Shown here piece by piece: positions 45,401 through 58,936 of a DNA stretch of 64,000 nucleotides. Below the pieces are notes generated by a model that did not search any database, was not told the DNA's origin, and saw only the letters and a list, made by a program, of their open reading frames with translations. This DNA is from Chrysomallon squamiferum (taxonomy: Eukaryota; Animalia; Mollusca). Each line of letters starts with the position of its first letter. The stretch's first letter is position 1. Position numbers and translations under genes: made by a program. The DNA is taken from assembly GCA_012295275.1 (NCBI GenBank), contig CM022668.1:11160001-11224000 (forward strand). The letters run 5' to 3'.

Positions 45401-47011
45401 AGACAAAACTTTTATTTGTTTGCTAACAAGAAATTGGCAATTCAAAGTTCTATATGTGCTATACTGCTGCAAGAGAAGCAAATAACTAATAACTGGGATG
45501 TAACAAAATTTTCAAAAACATAATTTTCCTATGAAATTATATATTATCAGAAACAGCAATAAAAACAGATTACAATGACTCCAAGATATCTTTGATAGCT
45601 TTGATAAGAAAAAAATTACAAATTTTTATCTGAATAAAATTTGCCTGTATTTGTTTTCAAAATCTATGCAGAACCAGAGATTCATTTTGGTCATTTGGCA
45701 ACAAAGATTGAATATCTTATGCATGTTCAAATCAAATACACATACAATGTATATTCAAATAAAGTTTTATATGAGTTCTAGAGATGTAGTTACTTCCCTT
45801 CCTTGACCTATTTCAATACAAGCTTTGTGCTTTATGTAGAAGCTAAACTGAAACAAAGTTATGACCCATGAAATAGGTCCATATGTAATCAGATATGTGA
45901 ACAGATTACGTTTATGCTAAACCTCTCTATTATTAGCAAAGGTTAGCAAACAAATAACAAAACAATCACTTTGAAGTAAATAAAATAAACATAGACTATT
46001 GTGTTTGTATTTAATGACAATCTAAGCAAATATGTAATAAAATTTAATTGTAAAATACTTAAATAATTTTAACTTACTTGATGTCATCCATGGCAATTAT
46101 TTCTTCCTCAGACTCTTCCTCCTCAAACTGTGTGTATCCTTTTTCTTTTTTGTCTCTCTTTCCATCCTTCTTCTTACCCAGACCTAGCTCCTTCTTCTTT
46201 GACTGCCTTTCAATATCATCTTCAGAGACTGAAAATTTAAATATAAAATCTTCACACTTCATCAGTTATATAGAAAATATAAGAATAACCTAAAATAACA
46301 AACTACCTATTTTCATTTTTTATTTAAAATTCAGGATGTTGCTATTATTGTCTATAAATTAAAAAAAAGAAAATGTGTTAAAAAAAAGAAATACTGTTAA
46401 ATATGGTTGCCATATACTGTAGAATGTCCCGAGATTAAAACTTCTATGGAAAGATGATCATTATAATGTTGTCTTCTGTATGTATGTCAGTCTGTACCAA
46501 ATTCAGTGTCATGTATGTACATCTTTGTTTATGTGTGTCATTGTGTTTCTTTGTATACACTATGTATGTACATGTATGCCTGTGTCTGATGTCTTCCATG
46601 TAGATGTATATATGTGTATCCAGTTATGTGTTGTGTATATGTCTCTGTTCATGTGTAGATATTTTTCTTTCTATACATATTTGGTATGTTTGTATTTCTG
46701 TGTGTATTTATTGTATGTCTATACATTTTTGTGTGTGAGTGTGTCTGTGTAAGTGTGAATGTGTGTCGTGCACGAACAAATATAAATGTGGTATTAAACA
46801 CTGGTATTTGAATTTCAGTGCATTAGTTTATGTTACCTGACAAACTGTTCTGTGATGTCTCAAGATTTTGTACAAATCTGTTTGTTTGTTTTTGTTTGTT
46901 TGTTTGTCTGTTTGTTTGTTTGTTTGTGTTACCTGACAACTGTTCTGGGATCACTCCAGATTTGTACAAACCAGGAAAATTTTTCTCGTTGTCCGGACTC
47001 TCAAAACTCAT
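36421..47011 (-). CDS. RALBP1: RalA-binding protein 1 (RLIP76), RhoGAP + Ral-binding domain
   Basis: Approximate exons 47011-46933 (MSFESPD..FPGLY), 46228-46078, 44546-44468, 44088-43938 (Lys-rich), ~43618-43496 (PIFGIPL..HDGIELPAIFRECVDYIEEYG), 42631-42428 (EGIYRISGVKSKV..VASLLKQFLRELPEP), ~41445-41327, 41087-40957 (NKMTLQNVSIVLSPTMQIS), 40285-40075 (EEQLWEVQRVVTQLKRK), 39884-39051, 38749-~38557, 38267-38175, 37055-36853 and 36567-36421 (stop). These are diagnostic RLIP76 motifs. Confidence 0.93.
37062..37935 (+). repeat. Intronic ~29-30-bp degenerate minisatellite
   Basis: About 28 units of cagtaattttataccacttttcata, directly next to a RALBP1 splice acceptor. Confidence 0.88.
38064..38152 (+). 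repeat. 27-bp tandem repeat x3
   Basis: taaggaactcgtattaagaactcactc at 38064, 38091 and 38118. Confidence 0.9.
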
Positions 47012-47285
47012 GTTGAAAACTTGTCACAGTCCCCTGGACTCAAGGCAGTCCACATCAGTTAAGTCCACTAGGCATTTGAAATCTGAAACATGGCAAGTCT
47101 TATAACTATACCAGTAATAGACTGTTTTATTTTATTTTAGTATTTGTGGAGTGGTCTCCCACGCTGTATACTTATTTATTTATCTTCAGAAATAGATAGA
47201 TAGAAAATTATAAACTGGATTCCTTGCTTATTTTGATAGTATGAAACTAAATAAATATGTTCTCATCATTTTTCAGTATATTAAT

Positions 47286-47379
<94 letters not shown>

Positions 47380-47664
47380 TTTATCATGTACTCAGTTGTT
47401 TTGTTTGCACGATGCCAAAGCCAAACAAAACAAAACAAAACAAGTCGTAGAAAAATTCCGATAAAAATTGCTCGCCTGAATTTAGGAATTAGATTGTTAC
47501 TATTATTTATAATTAATTAATAATTATGATCATCATGACTCATCCGCCCATTCAATCAACGATTGTTTATTTTTAGTTCTTCGAATTGTGTTGATTTAAA
47601 TATGCTATATATTATAAGCAACTGCTTGTAATTATGCAAGCTCAAACAGCTGTTATGCATATTA

Positions 47665-47740
47665 CAAACCTGTATTATTGGTTAACATTCGTCAAAAACA
47701 TAGCTAGTATTGCAAAACAAAGGACCACTTCCGGGTACAA
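47665..47740 (-). promoter_or_regulatory. Probable RALBP1 non-coding first exon/promoter with ETS motif
   Basis: On the minus strand, CCGGAAGTG (~47724-47733) lies upstream of a CAG|GTTTGT donor at ~47668. There is an acceptor at 47083 before the ATG exon. Confidence 0.45.
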
Positions 47741-47956
47741 TTCCTTTTTTCTTTTTTTTTCTTTTTTCTAGAGATGTAATTTCCTCAGTCTCTGTCAGCG
47801 CACCAGCGTCTTCTGTTACAAAGTATGTTTGAGGATGCAAAGATACCACATAAAACATCTGAATTATAAAATGACCCGTGGTATAAGCCTCATGTTTCCA
47901 TATGAGTGTGTATTTAAATATATATATTTGTCATAAGAATGAAAATTACAGCAAAT

Positions 47957-47987
<31 letters not shown>

Positions 47988-48042
47988 TTATTATTGTTGT
48001 TTTTCTTTTGTTATTATCATTATTATTAACAAAAGAATTTCA

Positions 48043-48115
48043 TGTGGATGATGTTTAGAAGAAAGTGATTGCACACTGTTTGCACTGCACGTGAAAAATT
48101 CAATGCAATTCCAAT

Positions 48116-48153
<38 letters not shown>
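48043..48153 (+). mobile_element. Short interspersed repeat with (ATT)n tail; second copy at ~57487-57580
   Basis: gtggatg.tg.ttagaagaaagtgattgc...tgtttg..tgca..tgaaaa.tc.a.tgca.ttcca.tgtatt is shared by both copies. This is typical of a SINE/LINE 3' end. Confidence 0.6.
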
Positions 48154-48155
<2 letters not shown>

Positions 48156-49119
48156 GTCACATCCAGATTTAAATAAAAGACAGACAGATTAAGTAAAACG
48201 TCATCTACAACCACAAATTGAATTCTCCCTTATGTGTCTCAGTGTCTATGTTTAATATTTTGTTTTGTAATTTTTTATTATTATTATTCTTTTTAATTAT
48301 ATTTGTTTTATTTGTTGTTGTTGTTGTTCTTGTTGCTTATTTTTTATATTTATAAAATATAATATAAAAGACAGAAAAGAGAAAGTAAACAATACCTCAT
48401 TTCATTTCAATTTAAAATGTATTGTTTAGAAAATAATTCGGTAACTCATGAATTCAAATTCTCAGTTAATAATTAGTTTAGACTAAGCGCTAATAATTTA
48501 TTTATACTAAGTTAAAGATTATAATTAATTTATACTAAGCGTTAATAATTTATTTTATACTATGTTAAAGTTTATAATTCCTTTAGAAAGTGTCTTAAAA
48601 GTTAATAATTCAAACTATATGTCAAGTGTTAACAATTCATTTTAAGTTAAGAGTTAATAATTCAAATTATTTTAAGAGTGTATATCTCGAAATCATTTAT
48701 GTAAATGTTTGCCGTTACATTGTATGCAGGATGTTAACACAACGTGACGGAAAGAGATGACTGTAAACGGAAGATAAAAGATAAAACTTAATGTCGTAAT
48801 ATAATGAGAGTCTACAAAAAAAAAAGTGTTACATCAGAAAAGTGCTCACACAGACATACTTACGCACACACATAAATACAGACATTAATATATGCATTCA
48901 GACATTTGTCTTCTGTTTCACTTTATTTTTTGCTACGTGTCTACAGCTGTTTAAGTTTGAAACTTTCAACGTGTTTTTATATATTTAGTCGAGGGTGTAC
49001 CTGTTTGTTTCATGGAATATGGATTGCTAGTAAAGTAGACATACAGAAAGAAAGATGGATGGATGAATGGATGGATAGATAAATGGATGCAGATAAAAAA
49101 GAGATAGATAAATGGATGC

Positions 49120-49198
<79 letters not shown>

Positions 49199-50900
49199 AA
49201 TGATTTGTATTTTATATATGTACGTTTGTACATGTTTTTGTATGTATGTATGTATGTGTATATGCATACTAAATGCACTTTACTAAGTATGACCTGCCAA
49301 TCACAGTGTGTACAAGAAGATATCTTTGGTATTTTGGGGGCTTGTCAACTTAGAAGTAATAAAACATTTTACTGACTGTAAACAACAAGGATATTACATT
49401 CCATGATATTTACACATGATTGGTCAGCTGCTAAATAATATGTTGTAAAAGCTACCGGACCAAGGTCAGAACGATTACCTGCTGCATGGTTAAATGACGA
49501 GTTACCTGTAGGTGAGCTATTTCCTTACTTATACATTTGTTTTTCACAGGAATTACGTCGAGTTAAGTAAAAACTGGATTTACTTTTTAGATTATGATAT
49601 TCAAGTTTGTATATTAAAACATACCTATTCTGTAAATCGTAACTTATTATATTAAAATATTACGATATGGTATAGTTATCATTTTCACGTCGGTACATAA
49701 AACACACTAGACTTTCAAATCGCACAGAAACTACATCTCAAGTGTATATTACACTACCAGTATCAGCTTACTAGAGTATTGCTTGTTTAGAGAATGAGAG
49801 TTAACATATATATTTCAGCTTTATTAAATGACTGCTGATAAATATACATAACTATATACATATATAATTACATGTATGTATGTATGTATGTATATATGTA
49901 TAAAATTATAGATGTATGTAAGTTATAATTATTATTATTATATGAAAGACAAAGCTTTTTCATTTTAGCAATAACCTTGTTCCTGTTTTCTAATATTTTA
50001 CTTACTTAAAAGTTAACTTGTAAAATTATTTTAGTAAGTGTCATACACAGTAGAAGTAGAATATTAGTAGTAATGGTAGTAGCAGTAGTTGTTGTAATAG
50101 TAGTTATAGTAGAAGTAGTAGAACCAGTAGTGGCAGTGGTAACAACTGCAAAAGCAATACTAGTAGTAGAGTAGTAATAATAGATATAGTGTCAGTGTTA
50201 GTAGTAATAAAGGTAGTGATATACCAGTAGTACTAGTAGTATTAGTTATTGTTGTAGTAATAATAGTATCTCTAGTAGTAGTACTGTAGCAATGGTAGTA
50301 CATAACAATAGACATATTTAACATATGTACAAGCAATGGTTATAGTAGTAATAGTAAGAAATTAGTTTATTTATTATTGTTGTATGTAAAAACAGTAACA
50401 CTAATAATACAAGCTAATTTCATTGTGCTATATTATATTAAAAGTGTTTATATTTTGTTTTAATTACACAGAAACTGATACATTAAACATTACAACTTGT
50501 CAAAATATTTATTATTATTTAATAATTTACATACTATACGTAATATGTATACAAACACATTTACATATATAAATACACACACACATACACAAACATATAT
50601 GCACACGCAAACACACACACACACACATGTACATCCCAAACAAATTATATTTGTTCTATAAATGAACATTTAAAGGGTTGTGAATCATCCTCACCATCAT
50701 TATCATCGCTGCAGTTAACGATATTTCGCTCAATAGTTCTGTTTAAAAGAAAGATATTACCAATTAGAGTTAACGTTACTGATGATACGACATTAACTTC
50801 CGTTACTTTTATCTCATAACGTGACATGCGTGAACATTCATCGTAGATATCGTGATGTTGTGATTATCGTATATAATAGATCCAAACAAATATGTCTGGT

Positions 50901-51086
50901 GTAAATAAATAAATAAATAAAAATAAAAATAAATAAATACTGGGCGGTAACCGCATAATATATTATTATATGAATGCAAACGGGTGAATTGAATCAGCGC
51001 GTAAATAAACAAATAAAAATAAATAAATACTGGGCGGTAACCGCATAATATATTATTATATGAATGCAAACGGGTGAATTGAATCA
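50901..51086 (+). repeat. 90-bp direct tandem duplication
   Basis: ctgggcggtaaccgcataatatattattatatgaatgcaaacgggtgaattgaatca at 50940 and 51030. Confidence 0.92.
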
Positions 51087-51427
51087 TCGCGTGAGGACGT
51101 TCAACGAACCGTGATACTCGTCCATATTGTATCTTGCTGCTTGAAATAAAGTACTTACATTTATACATCCGGGTTTTAGGTTGAATCTATAAATAGATCA
51201 TTTTGTCATATATTCAGTATCTTTGCTGCTCCCAAAATAACAATTAATGTTTATTTATTCAAATTTTGCCTTTCAAACTACATGACTTACATATATAACT
51301 AATTTAACTCTCGATCGTGATAAATAACATAAAAATAATAAATAACACACATACTCATAATATAATATAATATCAACCTATAATAGCATAAAAAAAAATA
51401 TATTTATTATTGTTTGTTGTTATTTTT

Positions 51428-51472
<45 letters not shown>

Positions 51473-51753
51473 TCAACTACAACAACAACACAGTGCATAA
51501 AAAGAAAAGAAAAGAACATGTGACCAAGGCACAAGTGATCCACTGAAGCGAGTAGAAATGTTTAACAAGGTGTTCCGCTCCACGTGGCTTCAGCCTTGAT
51601 CCATATCTTTACAACTACTACTAAGACGAGAGAAAAAATATAATAAAATTTAATCTCGGTTAACATAACTTTATCCATACTTCGTTTTTTGTTGTTGTTA
51701 GTTGTATTTTTTCTTTTCCTGTTTTTTTTTTTTTTTTTTAATAAGGTCAGCTA

Positions 51754-51834
<81 letters not shown>

Positions 51835-53720
51835 GTTTGCGCAGAGATATATGAAGAATAAAAAGGAAATTGGAATTAACGAAGGCCTGTTTTCTGAAAT
51901 AATAATAATAATAATAAATTAATAAGAAAACTCAGGAATTTTCAACTACAGTAATATTTAACATCAGATACATACAGAAATTTTAAGCCACATTAATAGT
52001 ACTCTGAAACACGGTTATCATAATTTGATACGTGGGCGTTTATATTTGCGATGAGGAATCACTGATAAACTTTGTCACGATCCAACGACAATGGGACTTT
52101 CCAATTCCCTGAAGCGAGACTGAACCACGGGGCTACTAAAGAACGGATACGCTGTGAAGTTGTATAAATAAGAGACAGTCGATAGAAAATTGCTTTCCGG
52201 ACAAGATGATAAACAGAACAAATACGTCGTCACCTATTTCTTTCATTTCCACACCTATTGAAAATAACTCACCGGTACAGGTAAAGTGACTTATATATAT
52301 ATACAATAACTTATACATCTATCACTTACAGTATATTGGCTTTTTCTACACTGGTTGGTTTTTATTTCTCAGGTGAAAAGGTAAATTTAGTTAGAATGAG
52401 CGGTGAGAGACTACAGCGACGTTATACTCTTTGTTTGTTTAGAATGGAATGTCAACATCAGCTAGCTGGATGGTACAGGTTTTTAACAGTTACGATAGTC
52501 TACGTTCAGTCTTTAAAAGAAATCGCGGAACTAGTTCAGATACGGTTTTAATATGCGAATTGTTTAATTATATATATATATATGTATGTGAGTGAATAAT
52601 GTCACAAGTATTAGATATTACAAATTATTATATTAAAACTTTTATTTTAAAATATTTATATTTAGCAAGTATTAGATATTACAAATTATTATATTAAAAC
52701 TTTTATTTTAATATTTAATTTCTATACATAATATATATTACCGTATGTAACATTTTGTGTAGCTACGTTATACTTTGCATATTTACTCTCCACTGAAAGA
52801 TTCAATCAAACCTTGACCTTTTTCTTTTGTGGCCGTTGTTTGACATCACGCTTTGTACGTACAAACCTACATCCTGAAACATCTTCCATAGTTTCCGTAT
52901 GTCACAAACAATGTATATTCTGTGTAGGCAATCAGAAACATATCAACTCGGTAAGTCCCCAGTGTAACTTACATTTTAGTAATTATTACATTAATCAGTC
53001 ATTCTAATAATTATATGCATCTTGTCAGTAAGTATTTATATGAATGTTTTTGTATGTGTTATATATTATTTATGTGTATGTGTGTGTGTGTTTGTATCCG
53101 TGTGTTTGTATGTGTGAGAGTGAGTGTGTGTATGTATGAATAGATAGATTTATGCGTATATGTGTGTGTATGTGTGTGTGCGTGTGTGTAAGTTTGCGTG
53201 TAAATGACTTATTTATCATGACAAAAAGGTTTTTAAACATTTATACCGTAATGCTAAAAGAGGGTTTAACATGCTTTAGTTTTTACAAACAGTTACCAAA
53301 TTACCGCTGTGAATAAATGATTAACAGAATTATATAATGTTTCTGATATATCTGTGAAACATATATATATATAGGCATAAGAAAAACTAACTAACTAACA
53401 AAGATATTTCCCTTTAATCAGCAATATAATGAGCTCGTATCTCACTACCAGCTCGTAATCAAAACCAACATCGGACTGTAGGACATATATTTATTTTTTA
53501 ACTAAATACTACTACTACCACTAATAATAATAATAATAATACAAGCCTGGTGTCACCATAAACAGGATTCCTATGTGGACGACTGTTTTTATTTGTTATC
53601 AGCACGAGATCTTTTATTAATGAAATGTTTTAGATAACTATCAGAAATCAATATATGTGGGTTTCTTCAGCGGTTTTTTATTATTTTTTCTTCAAATTTG
53701 TTTGTTTGTTTTAGAAAGTC

Positions 53721-56700
53721 ATGACACATCAAAATGGAAGTAATTCCACGGCGACAGGGACGATGGGATTGATTGACGGAAAACAGAATTACAAACGAAA
53801 TCAAAATGAAGAGAAAAGCAGCAGTGTGTTTGGCAGCAGACTTTGGGTACATAGTTACGCATCAGTTATAAAAAAAAACAATAAAAAAAACTTTTCTTCA
53901 ACTGAGCTGAAAAGAAAATCATTTTCTGTATCTGTCTTTTATTCATGTTTATATATATACAGATTTACAGATACTGCGCAGCATGTTCCATATCTCTTAT
54001 ACACGCTTTCACATTTACTGATCCTGCGTACTATTTTCAGTATATATCTCTTATCCACGTTTTCAATATATACTGATCCTACGTACTATTTTCTGTATCT
54101 ATCTCTTATCCACGTTTTCAATATATACTGATCCTACGTACTATTGTCTGTATCTTTCTCTTATCTACGTTTTCATATTTTCTGATCCTACGTACTATTT
54201 TCTGTATCTATCTCTTATTCACTTTTTCATATTTACTGATCCTACGTACTATTTTCTGTATCTCTCTCTTATCTACGTTTTCATATTTACTGATCCTACG
54301 TACTATTTTCTGTATCTATATCTTGTCCACGCTTTCATATTCACTGATCCTGCTTACTATTTTCTGTTTTATTTCTTATCCACGCTTTCATATTTATTAA
54401 TCATGTGTGCCAGTTTTCTCTATCTCTTATTCACGCTTACATATTTACTGATCCTGCGTACGTTTTTCTGTCTTTATCATGTGTTGTTGCGCAACACTTT
54501 TTCTACCTCATTCACGTTTACATATTCACTGATCCTGCATATCATTTTCCTTATCTCTTATTTATGCTTTCGCATTTACTTATCCTGCGTACTGTTTTTT
54601 GTGTCTACCTCTCGAACACGTTTTTATGTTTATTTGCAGATGATTCTGTCAGTTATCTTTATCTTAACAAGTTTAACTTTAGTCGGCCTGCTGCTGTGGC
54701 GTGAATTTGGGTAAGTGTAACAACAACAACAACGACAACAACAACAAAACAACAAAACAAAAACAAACACAACAACAAAAAAACAACAAAAAAACAACAA
54801 CAGAAACAACAACAGTAATAATAATAGTAATATTTTAAATAATAATAATAATTATTATTATCATTATCATCATCACCATCATCATTAGAACAGCACTAAT
54901 AGAAGTACGATGCAGTATTGCAGTAGGAGTAGTAATACTAGAAATTTTAGAGGTGATTGTAATAGTAGCTGAAGTTTTCGCAGCTGTAGTAGTAGCTAGA
55001 TGCAGTTGTGTTAGCGGTAGCAGTAGCAGTTGCCAGAGTTAATGAGAAGTTTATGTTTCTTTCAGAGTACGGAGAGAGACGAAACGTGATGTGCTTGCAC
55101 TGTTTCCCAGTTTGTTTCGGACACAAGAGGAGCAGCAGAATTACGCAGCACGAGTGTTTAAAATACAACGAGAGGAAATGAAGTTTATAAACAAATCTGT
55201 TATCACCAATGAGTCGTGTAATTTTCAATGCCGACCGTTGAAAGGAGAATTTCTTGAAAACACAACGACATCCGAAAAACGTCCGAAGCGAGCAGTGTCC
55301 TCTGGTGCAAGATCGGGGTTAACGTACCACGCTTGCTGTATCTCGTGAGTACCTGTGTGTCACTTCCGCTGTGTATCAGCACGTTTGTCTGCCAGGTGTA
55401 TGAATGTTTATCTGTTTGAATGTTTATGTATGTATGTATGTATGTATGTATGTATGTATGTATGTATGTATGTATGTATGTATCTATGTATGTATGCATG
55501 TATCTATGTATGTACGTATAGATGCATGTATTTACGAGTGCATGTTTGTGTTTTGCGAATGTTTATGCATGTCTGTACATATTTGTAAATGTTTGTGTGT
55601 TTGCGTGAGTGTGTAAATGTATGATTTGTACTTTTATGTAAATATGCATCGGCAGTGTTTGAATTTTACCACGGCACTAATAGCAAGTGCAGTGGTTGCC
55701 CTCCAAATCAGATTTAGTGGTTAAAATCTGAACGATCCCCACGGCAATAAAACACCTTGTTTGCCTCTATGCCCTAACCGCAAATCTCACTGAAACACTG
55801 ACCATGTTGAATAACAACTAAGTTAGGTATCTATTTGCTTAAACTGCAAATGCCACAATTAATTTCGAAGGATATATCAAAATAAAATTAATAAATAGAA
55901 AACTGTTCCTTTCTTAAAAATATGTTCAAATACATTCTGTTCATTCTTTCCTGTTGTCATCGGATGACTGACATGGATATTCAACCATTAACTTTATATC
56001 CAGGTGATGGGCCTAATTTAATGAAAGTGTTAATTTATTCTATTTTTCTGCAACTCAAAGTCGAAGTCTTCAACTTCAAAAAAGACCCAAACGCTTTTCC
56101 GTAAAAAAAAATTAAAATTCTATCCCTGCTTTTGTGCCATTGAGTTAATGTTTATATGTTTGTGTAATATAAATATCACTTCTTATTATTAAAATTGTTG
56201 TATTCTTCATTTTCTTCTTCGTTATTCTTTCTTTCGTTCTTTCTTTCTTTTTCTTTAATTAATTTTATTTTATAAATTTCCAGGGAAACAAAGTTTATAT
56301 CACCCAATCGTCTTGAAAATATTTTCGGAATTTCTCGGAACATTGTTCAGTTTAAAGACAAGAGACAGTTTTTCCAGATCCAGGAATGCAGGTGAAATGT
56401 TATGTTTAGTATCGACTGACGACACGATCTCATGACGATATATTTAGTTTTAGAAAGAAAACTCAAATACCACAATTAAAGTAATTTTCCATTTTTTGGC
56501 TTTTAATTCTCGAAACCAGATATCATTAACACATAATATTTGTGGAAACCTCTACAAGATAATTATATTTATTATTATTATTATTCTACTTTATTGTTTG
56601 CAAAGTTTATCCTTCTAGACATGACAGTATTTTTAATTACAAATCACTGAGTTGCTTTTATCATCATCATAATCCTATTATTATTTATTTTTTTTTTTTT

Positions 56701-56955
56701 TTTTACAGTCAAGCACGAAATTGCTATGGTTGCAGTTGCGCCTCTACGGTTCAGTTCATATCAGCTGTGGTTGAAAACGAGGCAGCTGTTAGCGATGATG
56801 ACATGTACATGCTGGACATAGTGAAGGTTTCAGGATGTTGTAAATGCATCAACAGACAGTTCGATAAGAAACGCAAGAGATCTGTACTGAATAATAAAAG
56901 GTTCTGGACAAAATGGACACATTTTGTTAAACACGAATTTAAGACTCGCCAGTGA
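53721..56955 (+). CDS. Predicted type II membrane-anchored Spaetzle/neurotrophin-like cystine-knot precursor (276 aa)
   Basis: Exons 53721-53846, 54640-54710 (hydrophobic MILSVIFILTSLTLVGLLLW), 55066-55344 (furin RPKR, HACCIS), 56284-56391 (ETKFISPNRLENIFGISRNIVQFKDKRQFFQIQEC) and 56709-56955 (NCYGCSC..SAVV..LDIVKVSGCCKC). GT-AG introns with consistent phases 0/2/2/2. A probable 5'UTR donor is at ~52950. Confidence 0.75.
53920..54630 (+). repeat. Intronic ~56-bp minisatellite, ~12 units
   Basis: tttctgtatctatctcttatccacgttttcatatttactgatcctacgtactat units fill the intron. Confidence 0.9.
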
Positions 56956-57313
56956 TTCTGATAGTCAGCGTCACTTAAACTGATTTCAAAATGTATCCTC
57001 GGTGACCAACCGACAAAATCTGATTTGTTTCATTATTATGAGCTGTTAATCTTTCCTAATAATAAAGTATGATGATAATAAGTCCGTTAGAATGTTTGGG
57101 AGGTAAATAACATACACATACAAACAAACACACACACAAACATACAGACCAACACAGACAGACACACATACACACACACGCACACACTAGTTTATACATA
57201 ATAACATGAGTGAAATAGCAGTAATAACATCGTTGAGACAAAAAGGAAAACATTTTCTTTTTAAATATCGTCTACTGAATTTACCGCATACTTAGTGCAT
57301 TCAAGAATAACGA

Positions 57314-57384
<71 letters not shown>

Positions 57385-57708
57385 GTAAAAAGATAAATAA
57401 ATAAAAAGGGAAAAAATTACAGTATCATTCAATGCTGTACTTTATTGTTAGAAAAGATTAATGGTATGACTAATAAAGGAGCTGCGTGTGGATGCTGATT
57501 AGAAGAAAGTGATTGCTTAGTGTTTGTGATGCAACTGAAAATCCAGTGCAGTTCCATTGTATTGTTATTATTATTGTTATTATTATTATCATCATCATCA
57601 TGATCATCATGATCATCATCATCATTATTATTATTTATTATTATTATATTATTATTATTTTTATTATTATTTTATGACTTATCTTATTTTTAATCATTGT
57701 TTATTTTG

Positions 57709-57751
<43 letters not shown>

Positions 57752-58548
57752 TGTGCTGGCTCGTTTATCCAGATCAGACGTGCAGGCATGTCTTTATAAA
57801 ATATGTATTTCTTAAAAAATCAATAATTCTTCCTAATTTTATGTCTTAATTATATGTTTGAATGTGCATTTGTACCAAAATTAAATTAATAATAATAGCA
57901 ATAACATTTGTTGTTTTGTTTTATTTATTTATTTGCTTTCTTACTTACTTGAATTATTATTATTGTTATCATCAACACAACTAATTGCTGACGTCACTAA
58001 TTAGTAAGGCGTGGCTAGAGCTATGTGTGCCGATATGCTTACAACTTTTTATCCTCGGCAAAACAGAACTTCATTTAAAGTATAAAGGTTTGTAAAGATT
58101 TGAATATTATAATAAATAAATTAGAATTTAACGTTAAAAAAAATTTCTACTAAATGTTTAAAAATAAAATATAATATAAACTTAGTTAAAATTATTTATT
58201 TTCTGCCAGCTGTATCAAAAAAAATAAAAAAATAAATAAATAAATAAATAAATAAAAAAAAATACAACAAAAAAACAACAACCAAACACTCCTTTGTGTG
58301 CCCCTGTTGTAATTCTAATCTTAGTAATATCTGCCGCTAGTAAAGTAGTGTTTTGATTCCTCTTCATTCTCACTATTCAATTTAATTACGTTTTTTATAA
58401 TGTCAGTTTTATTTTATTTCATTTTCGTATTTTTTTTTTTTTTTGGTATAAGTGATAACTGTCCGAACTCAGATATCAGCAACATCAGCCAAAACAACGA
58501 TAAAAGCAACAACAACAAAACCCCAAAACAAATCTACAACTGCTGCTC

Positions 58549-58584
<36 letters not shown>

Positions 58585-58936
58585 ATAATAATAATAATAA
58601 TAACAATAATAATAATAATTATAGATAGAGATAGATAGAAACAAACAAACAAACAAAAGAACCAAACAAATATGATTTTTTTATAAAATAATCCTTTCAA
58701 AGAAAAAGTAAACAAATATCTCAATAACAATTTACAGGATTGTTAGACTGGAAGAATACAAAGAAGCCTGAGAATATATATTTTAATTTAACACTGAATT
58801 TATGTTCGACCATTTCAGATCTATTTCATGTACAATTTTAATGCATTGGTGCGCCACGACATAGTCGGAAATTTACTACGTTTTTAGGGCGGTGGTGCTC
58901 CTACGAATGTCGTAGAGATATCTCCACAAACTAACA

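Noticed and set aside
57989-57996. CRE palindrome TGACGTCA about 950 bp upstream of CASD1
   Set aside because: A single 8-mer with no supporting context. The same word occurs in repeats at ~3281 and ~19334.
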